Below, piece after piece: positions 47,481-59,432 of a stretch of DNA of 64,000 nt. Under the pieces are notes generated by a model. It did no database searches and had not been told where the DNA came from. It was given only the letters and a program-made list of their open reading frames with translations. A program made the position numbers and the translations under genes. The number at the start of each line of letters is the position of its first letter. Position 1 is the first letter of the stretch. The stretch is from Elsinoe ampelina (taxonomy: Eukaryota), in NCBI GenBank assembly GCA_010093995.1, contig ML992508.1:964506-1028505 (forward strand). The letters are read 5' to 3'.

Positions 47481-49607
47481 ATGTCTGCCAAAAGTCCAAC
47501 AGATGATAGTCCAGGCGACAACACTCGTCGGGACAGAGCTGCTATAGCTGCACAAGCTTGCCAGACATGCAGAAGCAGGTCAGTATATACCACACGCCAG
47601 CCTATTCGGCCCAAGATGCTGATCTGTGGGCAGAAAATCAAAATGTGACGAACAGCGCCCAAGGTGCGGTCTCTGCACACGATTAGGTGTAGAGTGCGTG
47701 TATCGCGAACCACAACCAACAAAGCGAGCATTCTGACAAAGCACTCTAACCTCTCACTGACAATCTACAGAAAAGACAAGACCTTGGTTCACATCCTCAA
47801 TGTCCTCGAAAGGGTCGAGTCCAAGGTCGATCGTATGGGCCTACCGGCCGCCAATCTTCGCAATGAGGAGAGAGACAGGGGCAAGGAAGAGCATAGTCTC
47901 ATTGGTCCGATGGCTTCTTGGGAACAAGTCGAGTCAGACACACGTCAACGAGACAGACGAGAAACCTATCTCCCTACCGATCTCATCAGCGCAAACACAC
48001 ACCTGACCGCCGCTCATAAGATCCTGGTATGGCCTTCTGTCTTCCTCCTCCTTACCAACGCGCGAGTCCCAGTCATGAATGATATTCACCATATCATGCA
48101 GACGGGGACACCCTGGTTCACTCACCTAGAATTGGAAAAGCACACACATCCACTTGCCACCGGTCACAGCCCCATTCCCTCTAGAAGCCCTTCGATACCT
48201 GATCACAGCTTTGCTCCGGGCATTGCTGGCCTGGATGCAGACACCATGCGTTCACTTGCCGACGCTTATTTCGATACTTTCAACGTCGTTCATCCTATAC
48301 TCGATAGGAATTCTTTTTACTCCGATATTCTATTGCCGGTCATTCGCGGAGGCTATGAAGACAGAGATACCCAGGCTTGTCTTGCAATGCTCGTCATGGC
48401 TCTCGGCAGCATTGCACTCGAAGGTGTATCCGGTGCGCCCTTTCCATCACAGTCTAACACACCCAGCGGCTTACGGGGCGGATCAATAGAAGCCCCTCCA
48501 GGTCTGGACATCTTCAATGAAGCTCGACGGCGTTTTGGGTTTGTCATGCATACGTGCACTCTGGAAAACGTTCAGATCTACCTATTGCAAGCGGCCTACT
48601 ACGAATCTTGTGCCAGACACATGGACTTCTGGCGGTCATGTGCAGCAGCATCAATGTCCTTTCAGATATTCATCAGATGCGAGAGGATAAATTGGTCTTC
48701 ACCAAAGGCCGATCTGATCAAGCGTGTGTACTGGACCTGCATTTTGAACGAGGATCTATACCATCTCGAGCTTGACTTCCCTAAGACGGGTATCTATACT
48801 CTCGAGGACCAGATTCCTCTCCCATCCTTTCATCAATCTCGCAACATGACCAACGCCGAGTCAGAAGATGCGTCTCATTATCACTATCACTTCCTCGCCA
48901 TGATCGCTCTCCGCCGTCTCATAGCGCGAATCCACGCTGCACTGCATTCCGACAACGACACTCGCGCTGAGAGCCCAGAAGACTACGACGGTCCTCCAAT
49001 TCACCTCATCAACGAGCTAGCCCGCCAGCTCGAATCTTGGAGGACCTACCTCCCCCAAGCCCTCCAGTGGTCCGACGCAGACACCCACTCCTTCCCCAAC
49101 GTCAATCCTCTCGCACGGCGACAACCCTCTCCACTTTTCACAGTCCAAGACAACGGCGAACCCGTGACCCACCGCTACAACCTCGACATCGTCACCGGCC
49201 ACCTGCGAACCAGATTTTACTATGCGCGCTACATGATCTACCGACCCTTCATCTTCAAGGCCCTTCACTTTCCCGAAGCCATGACGCCAGATGACGCCTC
49301 GTATTGTGCGCTGGCCATTCAATCAGCATGCATGTGGCCGCTCGCCATGTCGCCCTGCAAGAACAAGAAGAGGCTGGTTCCACATCTGTTCACCTGGACG
49401 CAGAATTTCGTGGGGATACTGTTGGTCATGCGCATGACGAGCGAGAGTGAGTGTCTGAGGAGGATCTGTGAAGAAAGGGTGAACATGAGGGATATGCAGC
49501 GTACTGTGGGGCTGCTGCTGGATTGGATCGCGGATATGAAGGAGGTGGATGGGATTGCTGAGTGGAGTTGGGGGTTGTTGGAGCCGTTGTTTAGAGGTTG
49601 GACTTGA
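47481..49607 (+). CDS. Zn(II)2Cys6 transcription factor with fungal-specific TF middle domain
   Basis: join(47481..47578,47634..47723,47771..49607) gives [31 protein letters not shown]...PTKKDKT; later YFDTFNVVHPILD and RVYWTC. The second intron has a GC donor. Confidence 0.9.
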
Positions 49608-49910
49608 GCAAAGAAGGCTGGGAAGAATATGGACAGTTTGCAAGTGTGCATTTCAGCAATGTGGCAGGCAAAGATGTAAGGTTGTGGATAAAGTCCCATT
49701 ACACCGATGGCGTTTCACGTGGGCGAGATTGGTTTGAGCATGCGGGGTGTACGATACGCAGGGACGAGCATAGTATACCCACGGAAGTCGCAAAAGGAGC
49801 ACGTAGTAGCATAGCGTGGCGTCCATGGTACTACCAGAAATCAAACTCGATTCGCTGTAAAGCTACACTGGGACATCCTGTCCCAGCCCCTCCCTGTTGT
49901 CTTCACCCTC

Positions 49911-51488
49911 TCACACCCCCTTCGGCCCCGTCTCTCCCCTCTCCCCTCTCCTCTTCCTCTCCCTCCCCCAACTGCCCCCCGTCCACCAAAATGTCGGCCC
50001 AGCAAACACCCCGCTCAACACCCCCAAGACCAACGTCGCAGCCCCCCACCCTTTACTCTCCACCACCAACCCCCCCACCAACGGGCCAATCATACTCCCC
50101 GCCGCAAACGCCATGTTGAACAACCCATAGGCCTGCGCATAAGCCCCTTTATCCCCGAAAAACCCCCTGGGCCGCTTCCGCACCGTCGCTTCCACGCTAT
50201 ACGTAATCTCCGCCATCAAAGGCGTGAGGACCAGATTCAACGCCACGCCCAGCAAAGCTAGCAGCGCGCACAGCAGCACCTTCTGGCGCAGGGTATTGCT
50301 CTCCACCAGCCGCTGCAGGATAATGCAGGGTGCACCGAGCAGGAAGCCGGCGGTGGCGAGGTGGCGGGGCCCGTAGCGATCGGAGAGTCGGCCGATGAAG
50401 GGCGCGAAGAAGGCGGGGATGGTCACCGGGAGGAAAATCAGGCCGGCGCCGGTGGCGTTCCAGGTGAAGGTGTTGCGGACGAAGAGGGGGAGGGTGCTGT
50501 CGTACGAGGTGAGGAGGATGGCTTGTACGAGGCAGCCGAGGCAGGCGGAGAGGAGGCGGCGGGATTGTAGGAGGAGGAGGAAGGTGGGGAGGCGTTTGGT
50601 GATGAGGGTGCTGACGGAGCGGGTGGAGGTTGTGGTGGGGAGGGCGGGGCGAGGGGTTTTTGGGGAGTGGTCTGGATCTGGAGAGGACGGGTCGATGTCA
50701 GTAGACGAGGAATCATGGTTGGTGGGGGGGTCTTTAGGTCCTGATGAGGGGAGATCGGTGGGTCGTTTGAGGTCGTCCGTGGCTGTTTGGAGCTCGAGTG
50801 CGTTCTGCTCGGCGCGCTCGGGGCCATCCCCCATTTCATCTTTCGAGAGCCACTTCATGGCGATCTTGCGCTCGATCAAGGCGAAGCGTAATACAATGTC
50901 CATGCCGAGAAGAGCAAAGCTGACGCCAAAGACGGCAAAGTATCCGGCTCGTTCGAACACCACTCCGCCGATAAGTGGACTGAGTAGGACGCCGAAGCTC
51001 ATAGCCACGCCGATGTAGCCCATGGCGTTGCCGACCTCTGCAGGTCCAACAGTGTCCGCGACAAGTGCGAGACCAACAACCCAGACCACTGCGGCTGACG
51101 CTCCCTGTAGTAGTCGCCCGACTACGAGCACAGCGATACTGTTCCCAGCTGTGAGAATACCAGTCGCACCAGCCAGAGCAAGCAGGCCGATAAGCAAAGG
51201 TCCTTTCCTCGAGGTTGTCCTATCAGCCCACCATCCGCAGATTGGGCTGCCTACCAGCAGCGCTGCTCCATAGACAGCCAGTAGCACTGAAGTCCATCTT
51301 TGTACCTGGCTTTCGTCGACGCCTGCTCGGGACGAGAGGGCAAAGGGTATGACTGGTACAATTACGCCGTACAAGAAAAGATCGGTGAAGACAGCCGCAG
51401 CGACAGATGCTATGATGAAGACCTTGGAAGATCGAAAATGCAAGAAAATGGGTGGGTGGTGGTCAGATCCATTTAGCCAAGTAAACAT
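49911..51488 (-). CDS. MFS transporter (DHA1/vesicular amine transporter-like)
   Basis: FTDLFLYGVIVPVIP, motif A (GWWADRTTSRK, GRLSDRYGPR), GRLLQG, YAQAYGLFNMAFAAG; about 12 hydrophobic segments. Confidence 0.9.
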   Translation of the reverse strand: MFTWLNGSDHHPPIFLHFRSSKVFIIASVAAAVFTDLFLYGVIVPVIPFALSSRAGVDESQVQRWTSVLLAVYGAALLVGSPICGWWADRTTSRKGPLLIGLLALAGATGILTAGNSIAVLVVGRLLQGASAAVVWVVGLALVADTVGPAEVGNAMGYIGVAMSFGVLLSPLIGGVVFERAGYFAVFGVSFALLGMDIVLRFALIERKIAMKWLSKDEMGDGPERAEQNALELQTATDDLKRPTDLPSSGPKDPPTNHDSSSTDIDPSSPDPDHSPKTPRPALPTTTSTRSVSTLITKRLPTFLLLLQSRRLLSACLGCLVQAILLTSYDSTLPLFVRNTFTWNATGAGLIFLPVTIPAFFAPFIGRLSDRYGPRHLATAGFLLGAPCIILQRLVESNTLRQKVLLCALLALLGVALNLVLTPLMAEITYSVEATVRKRPRGFFGDKGAYAQAYGLFNMAFAAGSMIGPLVGGLVVESKGWGAATLVLGVLSGVFAGPTFWWTGGSWGRERKRRGERGETGPKGV

Positions 51489-51937
51489 GCTTAAGGCGCC
51501 TCCAGGGGTGGTCCGGTCTTCCTCTTTCTATTGTAGAAGATGTGCAAATGTATGGATAGTGTAGAGGAAAGAATCGAAACGGGTATCTGCCCATATGTAT
51601 TACATTAAAACATATCTCACCGCTTCAGAACCAACGACGCCAACACGGCTCGATGAAAAGGAATGGCAAAGGAAGTTCGGGTCATAATGAAGTTCCGAGG
51701 TCGCGAACAACGGGGAGGAAATCTGATGTGATCGGGGGCGGAATTTGCTCGATGTCATCGCGCGTTTTCGGGCTCCCACCAAAACTTGGAGACACCACGT
51801 GACTTTCTAGATCTCGCCAAGGAAAAAGACAGATCCAATTTGACCAATCGTATTCTAGAGGCACATTTTAGATTGGGGGGGCCTTCAAATGTCACCATAG
51901 ATGTTTCCTACATCCACAGTCTATTGCGAGCAATGCT

Positions 51938-54900
51938 ATGCACACCACTCGCCGCCCTGTTCCCTCAAAGGCGGCCCTGCGAGCTCTTCGACAGCTCGCG
52001 TACGTCGCATCCGGAACAGCATGCGGTGCTGCAGCGATAGTCTATGAAGAGAGAAGGCGCCGCATACAATTCTTCAAGCAAGTTGCTGAGAATGGCCGAG
52101 TAATAAGAAGCTTCGCAGATAAGAGAAGGAATCACGCCATAGCTGCGGCAGTCTTGCAGGATTACGATGCATTCGACGCAATTCAACATGGAGGATGGAG
52201 TGTGCAGGATCCGCATCCTACACATGCTCGACGGCGACGCTCGAGGTCGCGGACACTTGAGGATCTAGAGGATGGGCAGGGCAGGTGGCTGCAAGGATCC
52301 CACGAAGAGTACTTGCCAAGCCAGGTGGAAAAGGGTTACGAAGACCTATCAAGAGGTGGCCCCATGAGTCTGGAAGACGAAGCTGTTCATGCTCCTCTGC
52401 GACAGCCGGAAGGGCGAACTCGGCACTCAACACCGATTCCACGTCCAATCTTCGACCAGCCAACTACCAGACCAGCGAGAGGTCGACTGCCTTCAAGGAC
52501 TCCGGACCAAGCTGCAACCGTTTCGATGCATGACCTCAGCCCTGCCGAACGAGCTACCCAGGTTGTTGACATGTGGTCGCAGCGCTTCGGTAGACTTCCT
52601 GGACGAAGTATCGACCTGTCCGAGTCGTGGCGAGCCGTCCTCGGCGAAGCAGCCGACTCAAAGCAGCTTATCTTACTAGACCCCAATCTGCTGGAATCTG
52701 CGGAAGAGCTCTGCAGAAGATCCATTCGATTGCGGCTTCCAGATCTGTTGCTACAATTTTGCAGATGGGCTGAAAGCGAGGGCATGCTGAAAGAGGTGGC
52801 GCCGACGATCGCTTCGGAGCTGTTCATCATCGAGCAACCAGAAGACTTCGGAACTACGCAAGATTTTCTGCTAGGATGGCTCGAACAAAGTCCGATCCGC
52901 TCAAGATCGAAGGATCTCCGCCTTGCGCAATTGCAGTTGAACATCATGAGGTCCGGGACGAAAACAATGGCCGAGCTTCAAGTATTCCTAGAGGAAAGTA
53001 TGCTTTCACGAAGAGACGAGACCGTTGATCAGATCAAGTCCTTGATCTCCCAATTGATTCGATCACATCGGTCCGCACGAGCTACAGATGCATTAGTGGC
53101 TTTCATCAGTTCCACCAACGTCGATCGTGCCGAGCTGAGTAGACTGGTCGACTCTTCAGTAGAGGATATGATCACAGCTGGTGACTTCGCAAGCTGCAGG
53201 AGATGCATATCTGCCCTTAGCACGAAAGATTACACGGCCTCCGGAAGACTGCTCACCCGACTCTGGGAGAGCATAGACCAAGCACAGGATCTGCTCGACA
53301 CTTTTCAATCCTTCGGCCTGGAAGGCGTACGGAGCAAGGCTACGATTCAGTCACTGCTCAACGCCATCCTTGACTACGGACCGCGAGACTTCGCATTGAG
53401 CGAGCTTTACGGGACTAGAAGCGGGTTGTGGTCAGGTGCCCTTGTCCGGAAGTGGCAGGGCCAAACGGGACACGTCAAAGCTATCAAGGATTTCTGGAAG
53501 GTCCAGAATCTCGTCGGCGATCGTCCATTAGATCCAGTTTTGTACACCGCGGTTCTCCGCATCGCGCACGATGCCGGTCTTTCGTCCGAATGCGCTGCAA
53601 TTAAGCAGCACAGGAAGCGAGTTATCGCAGCAGCATCCAACGACAATGCCATCACTGCCATCATGCAAGCCACACAACAATTTGATTGGGCAGCTGTGCG
53701 TTCGAATATCGCTCAACTGACGATCGAAGGGTTCGTCACAATGCAGACTCAGCGACGGATGCAATTGTTCGATCCGATCTTCAAAGCCTTCACGGCTACA
53801 GACTTTGATGTCAACGGACTGTATCTCATGGTACTGGAGCTCTGCAAGCGGATTTATCCTTCAACGTCTCCTGCGCACGCCTTGCGTCTTCTCTCGGCCT
53901 CCTTGATTAGATGTGGCAACATAGGCGCCCTTGTGAAAGTTCGCAGCATGGCGAAAGACCTTCTAAAGCGTGAGCTACTACTGTCTCCCGTCGACGTTGC
54001 AGACTACCTGAGATGCTACTACTATACTTTCCGCCCTTCGACTGCAGTACTGGCTGACGTTATGCGGAAGCTGTCTCAAGGGTCCTGGAGTAGTGCCTCC
54101 CGGTTTTGCGTGCCGTTGCTTCTGGTCGCCAATTCTCATGAAGCAAAGTGGAATCAGCAGAAGAGGTCCACAGAGCATATTCGGAATATTTTGAAACGAG
54201 CTTTGTCCAGTTTTGACGACCCTGTCTTTCGCCATGAAATCATGCGAAGTGTCGGGGACAGATCTGTTGGAGAGACATGCCAGTCACTCTCGGCGGGTGA
54301 TGGCTTGACCATTCGCAAGAAGAGTGGTCCTCTGGTTTATGAGATCACAACATCGCGCAAGTCTTCGATCGTTGGCGCGGCCGAGTCTTTGGTTAAGGAA
54401 ATCGAGCTTGAGCGCCTCCGTCTGGATGATCCTAACAGAGCAGAATCGATAGATTCAGGATTCGCGACCAAGGCATCGAGCTCTGACAATTTGACTCAGC
54501 TCATGATGGAGATTGCTCAACTTGACCTGAGTCATAATGAAGAAGGCGTCAAATTGGAAAGTTATTCGACGCACGACCATTTCTTACACTGGAAGACAAA
54601 GGCCATGATGCACGACTCCAATGTCAGTGGTGATCACGAACGAACAGAGAGATTGCTGAATGAGCTGTCTACGTCCACTTTCGCACCACCCTCTTCAAGC
54701 CTCACCTCTTTAGCGGTGGCATCCGCTGGATCGCTCAGTCCCGAGCTTGCCGAGGCTCTCAAGGAGCGAATAGAGCTTGTTGGTGCGGACACTTCGCTTG
54801 CACGACTGACAAACCTGATTGCGTCATTGTCGGGCCCAGATATCGACGCGCGTGCGCTACAGAGGCGGGGGGTTCTCGACGAGCTCAAAGACGTCGTGAG

Positions 54901-55576
54901 CTCGGAATATCAGCTACTCGCCGAATGCGGTCACTTGGTCAATCATTCGCTGGCAACAGCGCTGGCTAATGTTTTGATTGATGCCAGACAGCCTGCCACT
55001 GCTGTGGAGCTTCTTCGTCATGCTCTAAGGCTTCCGCAAGTGAGGTCTGATACAGCTGGATCCGCACCCATGTTGAGTCTGCTGAAAGCATATCTGCAGC
55101 TGGGAAGATTGGATGGCGTTCGCTGGGTTGTTGGCAGCATGCTGACCAACGACGAACGAATCGACAAGACATTCATCACTGCGCTCAAAGCAGGGCGTTC
55201 CTTGTGGCAGCAGAAGAAGAATGTCTCGCGAGCCAAGCGTGAAAAGATCCTGCAGGAGCTAGACTTTGTACAAGAGCTTTGCCTGACGAAGAAGACTGAG
55301 CAGATCCAGCAAGCAGCAGATGTTGGCAATGAGCTGGTCAGGTTTCTGGCGGCCAATGCAAAGCAGAAGTCAAAGGGACCAGTACTGGAGGAGAATGCAG
55401 AATATGTTGACGCACTTATTGTGGAGAGTGTCTGCAAGGATATCATGACCATCTCACAACGAAGTCACCATAAGAGCAAGATGGCACAGGACATACCACA
55501 CCCTGAGGATTTGGTGCTCAGGAAGCATTTCTCCCATGTGGAGACGGATTGGATGCAGGTAGAAGTGGCAGCATAG
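51938..55576 (+). CDS. Large, probably mitochondria-targeted helical-repeat (PPR-like) protein
   Basis: 1212-aa intronless ORF with an Arg-rich amphipathic N-terminus (PSKAALRALRQL) and PPR-like helices (DPVLYTAVLRIA, SLLKAYLQLGRLDG). The PPR assignment is inference. Confidence 0.6.
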   Translation: MHTTRRPVPSKAALRALRQLAYVASGTACGAAAIVYEERRRRIQFFKQVAENGRVIRSFADKRRNHAIAAAVLQDYDAFDAIQHGGWSVQDPHPTHARRRRSRSRTLEDLEDGQGRWLQGSHEEYLPSQVEKGYEDLSRGGPMSLEDEAVHAPLRQPEGRTRHSTPIPRPIFDQPTTRPARGRLPSRTPDQAATVSMHDLSPAERATQVVDMWSQRFGRLPGRSIDLSESWRAVLGEAADSKQLILLDPNLLESAEELCRRSIRLRLPDLLLQFCRWAESEGMLKEVAPTIASELFIIEQPEDFGTTQDFLLGWLEQSPIRSRSKDLRLAQLQLNIMRSGTKTMAELQVFLEESMLSRRDETVDQIKSLISQLIRSHRSARATDALVAFISSTNVDRAELSRLVDSSVEDMITAGDFASCRRCISALSTKDYTASGRLLTRLWESIDQAQDLLDTFQSFGLEGVRSKATIQSLLNAILDYGPRDFALSELYGTRSGLWSGALVRKWQGQTGHVKAIKDFWKVQNLVGDRPLDPVLYTAVLRIAHDAGLSSECAAIKQHRKRVIAAASNDNAITAIMQATQQFDWAAVRSNIAQLTIEGFVTMQTQRRMQLFDPIFKAFTATDFDVNGLYLMVLELCKRIYPSTSPAHALRLLSASLIRCGNIGALVKVRSMAKDLLKRELLLSPVDVADYLRCYYYTFRPSTAVLADVMRKLSQGSWSSASRFCVPLLLVANSHEAKWNQQKRSTEHIRNILKRALSSFDDPVFRHEIMRSVGDRSVGETCQSLSAGDGLTIRKKSGPLVYEITTSRKSSIVGAAESLVKEIELERLRLDDPNRAESIDSGFATKASSSDNLTQLMMEIAQLDLSHNEEGVKLESYSTHDHFLHWKTKAMMHDSNVSGDHERTERLLNELSTSTFAPPSSSLTSLAVASAGSLSPELAEALKERIELVGADTSLARLTNLIASLSGPDIDARALQRRGVLDELKDVVSSEYQLLAECGHLVNHSLATALANVLIDARQPATAVELLRHALRLPQVRSDTAGSAPMLSLLKAYLQLGRLDGVRWVVGSMLTNDERIDKTFITALKAGRSLWQQKKNVSRAKREKILQELDFVQELCLTKKTEQIQQAADVGNELVRFLAANAKQKSKGPVLEENAEYVDALIVESVCKDIMTISQRSHHKSKMAQDIPHPEDLVLRKHFSHVETDWMQVEVAA

Positions 55577-56645
55577 ATGATACCCATGATATGTACATGT
55601 TAATAGATAGACACGACAGTGACAGAGCTATCGAATTGCTCATTGCTTAGCTGCACCACGGGCTACTGCCTTTGTGACGAGCAGAACCCTTTCAGGCATA
55701 ACCTGCGGCCCGGTAGCGGGAAGGAGGGAGAGGCAATTTAACGTCGTTGTCCTGCACGGGCCAGGTCGACTTTGACAGCCGCACAGAAAAGGGTTAGCGT
55801 AAAGGGAAGGGTAGATTGCGGCGGAGAACTCTCTTGTGAGGTCGGGGTGCATAGTCATGGAGGAAAAATAGAGAATGAAATGAGTTTTAATCCATGTCCG
55901 TCTCGTCCAACCGTCACACCTTCTCGATCCAATCCTTCCGGGCTGCAGCTCTTTTCCAACCTGACAGCGAGATCAATTTCGCCACACTTTGACAAGTGAG
56001 GCTTGACTCTCCCCCATTGGCCTGTTTTGCCTGCCCAATTATCGTCTTTCCGTTCCCGCCGCGCCGTCTCTCCATCGCTGGCGCCGGCTCATCTCTCACC
56101 CATTGCTGGGCGCCTTTTTTGGCTTTTGGCAGCGCCAGAGACAACACAAGCGGCCATTCGGTCACGGACACGGTCACGGTCACGGCCACACTCGAGGCCA
56201 AGCGCAGACTACCAGACGGACCTCTCTCAACGTCGTCGGCTCCCTTCTAAACGCGACTCTTCCATCTCCAAACCTCACCGTCGACGCATTCACGAACAAT
56301 CGCCAGCACGGTCGCCCGCAGCTGGCCATTGCACTCGCTTGTTCGTTCCACCTTCCCGTCCTTCGTTCGACCCGCCATTCAAACCTAATCCTTCCTTCAC
56401 CGCGCCCCGAAGCCTCGACCTGCCTGCCCGTCCAACTCGTCCATGATACCTCAATAATAGCTCAATCGACAAGCATCGTTTGACCACTTCACACAAAATA
56501 TTCCGTCGCATCATCACTACGGATCCAGTCATCTCGAGCATCAATCGCCCGGCCCTAAAACCGTCCGCAGGCTGTGGAGATCGGGCGCCCAGTCGAGATT
56601 GCTGCTGTGTCCGCCGACGTTTGTTAGAACGTTCAACACACTGCA

Positions 56646-58324
56646 ATGTCAACTTCGCCCATCTCTGATACCAAGCCTGCAGAGCCTCTAACGCAGGGCA
56701 CAATTACTGCCCCAGCTGACGATCTCGCGCATCCGCAAACGACGACCAACGATCAAAAGTCCGACGGTCTAAACACGACCAATTCGCACCCAAACGTCTC
56801 CTCCAGCACCGGATTGAGCGGTGCGACGGCAAGCGACCCCAACGAGTCAATCGCACGCCGCGGCAGCAAACGTAGCACGAGGAGAAGAGCCGGTAGTACC
56901 ACGAGTAGTAGGAAGTCGCAGAATGCTGGTCGGATGGACAAGAACAAAGACTCACAAATGGAGACACAATCGCGTGGCGGTGCGCCACGGGTAAAGAAAA
57001 AGTCAAAGGGCCTGTTTTCGTTTCTGTGCTGTGGAGGATCTGGGGATGATAATAATGATATCGGCATGCAGGACGCACCTCAAACAGCAAAGCCTGCGAA
57101 CCAGTCGCAAACCGCAAAGGTACCGTCGTCAAAGACTGCGAACAATGCTGCTGGGACAGAGAGTGGTGCGGCGCGACAGGGTGACGACAAGAATCCACCG
57201 GCTGATACGCCTACATCGCCAAATGCAGACTCGACACCCGACAAGGCTGGACCGACTTCGGGTCAGAATGCCAGAACCGAGCCATTGTCGGTCAACACCG
57301 CAGCAGGTGCAGCGGTAGCGGTTGCGGCAGTAGGGTCGACTCTGAACACGCCGCCTGATGTCGTAGTTCAGTCGCCAACACCAGTGTCACAAGAAGAGCA
57401 ATTGATCGCAGACCGTACCCCAGAACAAAAGGCACGAGACACAGACATTGAGATGACTGATGTTGGCCCGAACGTGCCACTGTCTTCCAACGACGTACCA
57501 ACAGCAGGCGATCAATCCGACAAGGACTCGTCGAGGGTCAACATTCCTCCACCGCCGCCACTTGAGGAGAGGCAAGCCCAAGTGGCTCCACAGGTTCAGG
57601 AGAGACTACCGAACCCAACAGGGGCTAAGTGGTTATTGCCAGAGACGAGGCCAGAACATCGGGGACGAAAGTGCTTGATTCTGGATCTTGACGAGACGCT
57701 TGTGCACAGCAGCTTCAAGGTTCGTCCTTTTGAGAAGGATGACGATTTTCATTACTCACCCCTCGCAGATCTTACATCAAGCAGACTTTACGATTCCGGT
57801 CGAGATTGAGGGACAATATCACAACGTCTACGTTATCAAGAGACCTGGTGTGGACGCTTTCATGAAGCGAGTGGGCGAGCTGTACGAAGTGGTCGTCTTT
57901 ACAGCTTCTGTGTCAAAGGTCGGCTCATTGCCTATAGATTCCGAGCAAGACTGACCATTCTCAGTACGGCGATCCGCTTTTAGACCAGCTAGACATACAT
58001 CACGTGGTACACCACAGGCTGTTCAGAGAGAGTTGCTACAACCATCAAGGAAATTACGTCAAGGCATGTCAAATACACACAAACTCGGCGTACAGATTCT
58101 GACTATCGTAGGACTTGTCACAAGTAGGCCGCGACCTCAAGGAGACCATCATCATCGACAACTCGCCGACTTCATACATCTTCCACCCTCAACACGCCGT
58201 ACCCATCTCAAGCTGGTTCTCAGACGCCCACGACAACGAGCTCCTCGACCTTATACCCGTACTGGAAGACCTCGCAGGACCACAAGTCAGCGATGTTAGC
58301 CTCGTACTGGATGTAGCATTATGA
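56646..58324 (+). CDS. PSR1: Psr1/Psr2-type FCP/SCP family HAD phosphatase
   Basis: join(56646..57719,57769..57918,57965..58063,58112..58324). Catalytic [13 protein letters not shown] (DxDxT), KRPGVD, VVFTAS, LFRESC, IIIDNSP; FLCC putative palmitoylation site. The third intron has a GC donor. Confidence 0.92.
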
Positions 58325-59432
58325 GACCGGATGTTCCTGTAGCAACCACTCCGTCCGGGTCGGAGATTTGTACCTGGAAGTACCAGCATACCTTGTCACC
58401 AATACTGTTCTCTCTCTGGTCGAGCAAAAAGGAAAGCGAGCAAGCAAGCAAGAAAAGTCAGCGAACGAATTTGATACCCAATACCATCCCAACTCCCATT
58501 TACCTTTCTCATTCCGACATTTTTCTTTTGTTCCTAGGGAGAAAATCACCGCCCGACCATCCATCGCTGGTGGAATATCGCGCACATACATAGCATGCAC
58601 GCATCGGGACGACCGTACCTTTCACAACTTTGGTGCCCCGCGATCGCACTACCATTCGACTACTGTATTACGGCACCACAGTCCGAGATGCATCACCGCA
58701 CGGGCGTTGACACCATAGCTTTTCCTGTCAAAGAGAAATACAACCCCACTGTTCTTTGCCTCGAATCTTTCCTCCGACATCTTCTTTTCTCTTCTGTTTG
58801 TACGCGACAATTCGCTGGTATCAAGGACATGGCTTCACTTGATGCTGGGCGAGCACGGGATCTGCATGGCTAGCTATCGTTTGGATAAAGTGCTGGGCGA
58901 TCGAGTCTAAGCATCTTTGTTGTAGGGATTGCATGGATAGATGCATCTTAGCGGGACTTTCTGACATGGGTGGGCCGGCAGCGAGGAGGGAGCGGGATTT
59001 TGAGGATGGTGAAATGGGAGGGATGGAAGGTGTAATGGGTGAGATGCAGGATGCGTGTCTGTCGAGCATGTATGCTGTTGTGTCTGCCTAGCAGAGGTGG
59101 ACTAGCTGTAGATAGTGAATGGAAGGTGAGGGTGCACCGCTTGATCTTGTTTGTGTGAATGTGTTCACTTCGGACCTAAACTCTACGCAGCTCACAGAAA
59201 CTGATTTATAGGTCAAGTCCTTTATATTGTTCTTAGAAGATTGAACAAACCTTGGTGGCGCGGCGTAATCACGTGGAAGTCCAAATCCCTGCCTGAGAAC
59301 AAACTGCATACCCCTACATCTCGCTCACCGTTGACGCGAATCCGACCGCGTTTCTCAAATTTCTTGAAGCTCCACGCAGAGCTCACCTTGACCAAACCGC
59401 ACACCGCCCACCCAGAGACCTCTCCAACCAAC

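Noticed and set aside
47481..51488. Zn2Cys6 TF next to an MFS transporter as a secondary-metabolite cluster
   Set aside because: No PKS, NRPS, terpene synthase or tailoring enzymes nearby, and the flanks are housekeeping genes.
56158..56190. Short (CACGGT)-like hexamer repeat upstream of PSR1, and (GTC)n at about 34061-34084
   Set aside because: Ordinary microsatellites; the second simply encodes a poly-Asp tract.
17816..58324. Functional cluster of phosphatase and CTD-related genes (CBM21 PP1 subunit, SDS22, PSR1, ISY1)
   Set aside because: They are separated by many unrelated housekeeping genes, and Psr1-type enzymes are membrane-associated rather than established CTD phosphatases. Co-occurrence is compatible with chance.
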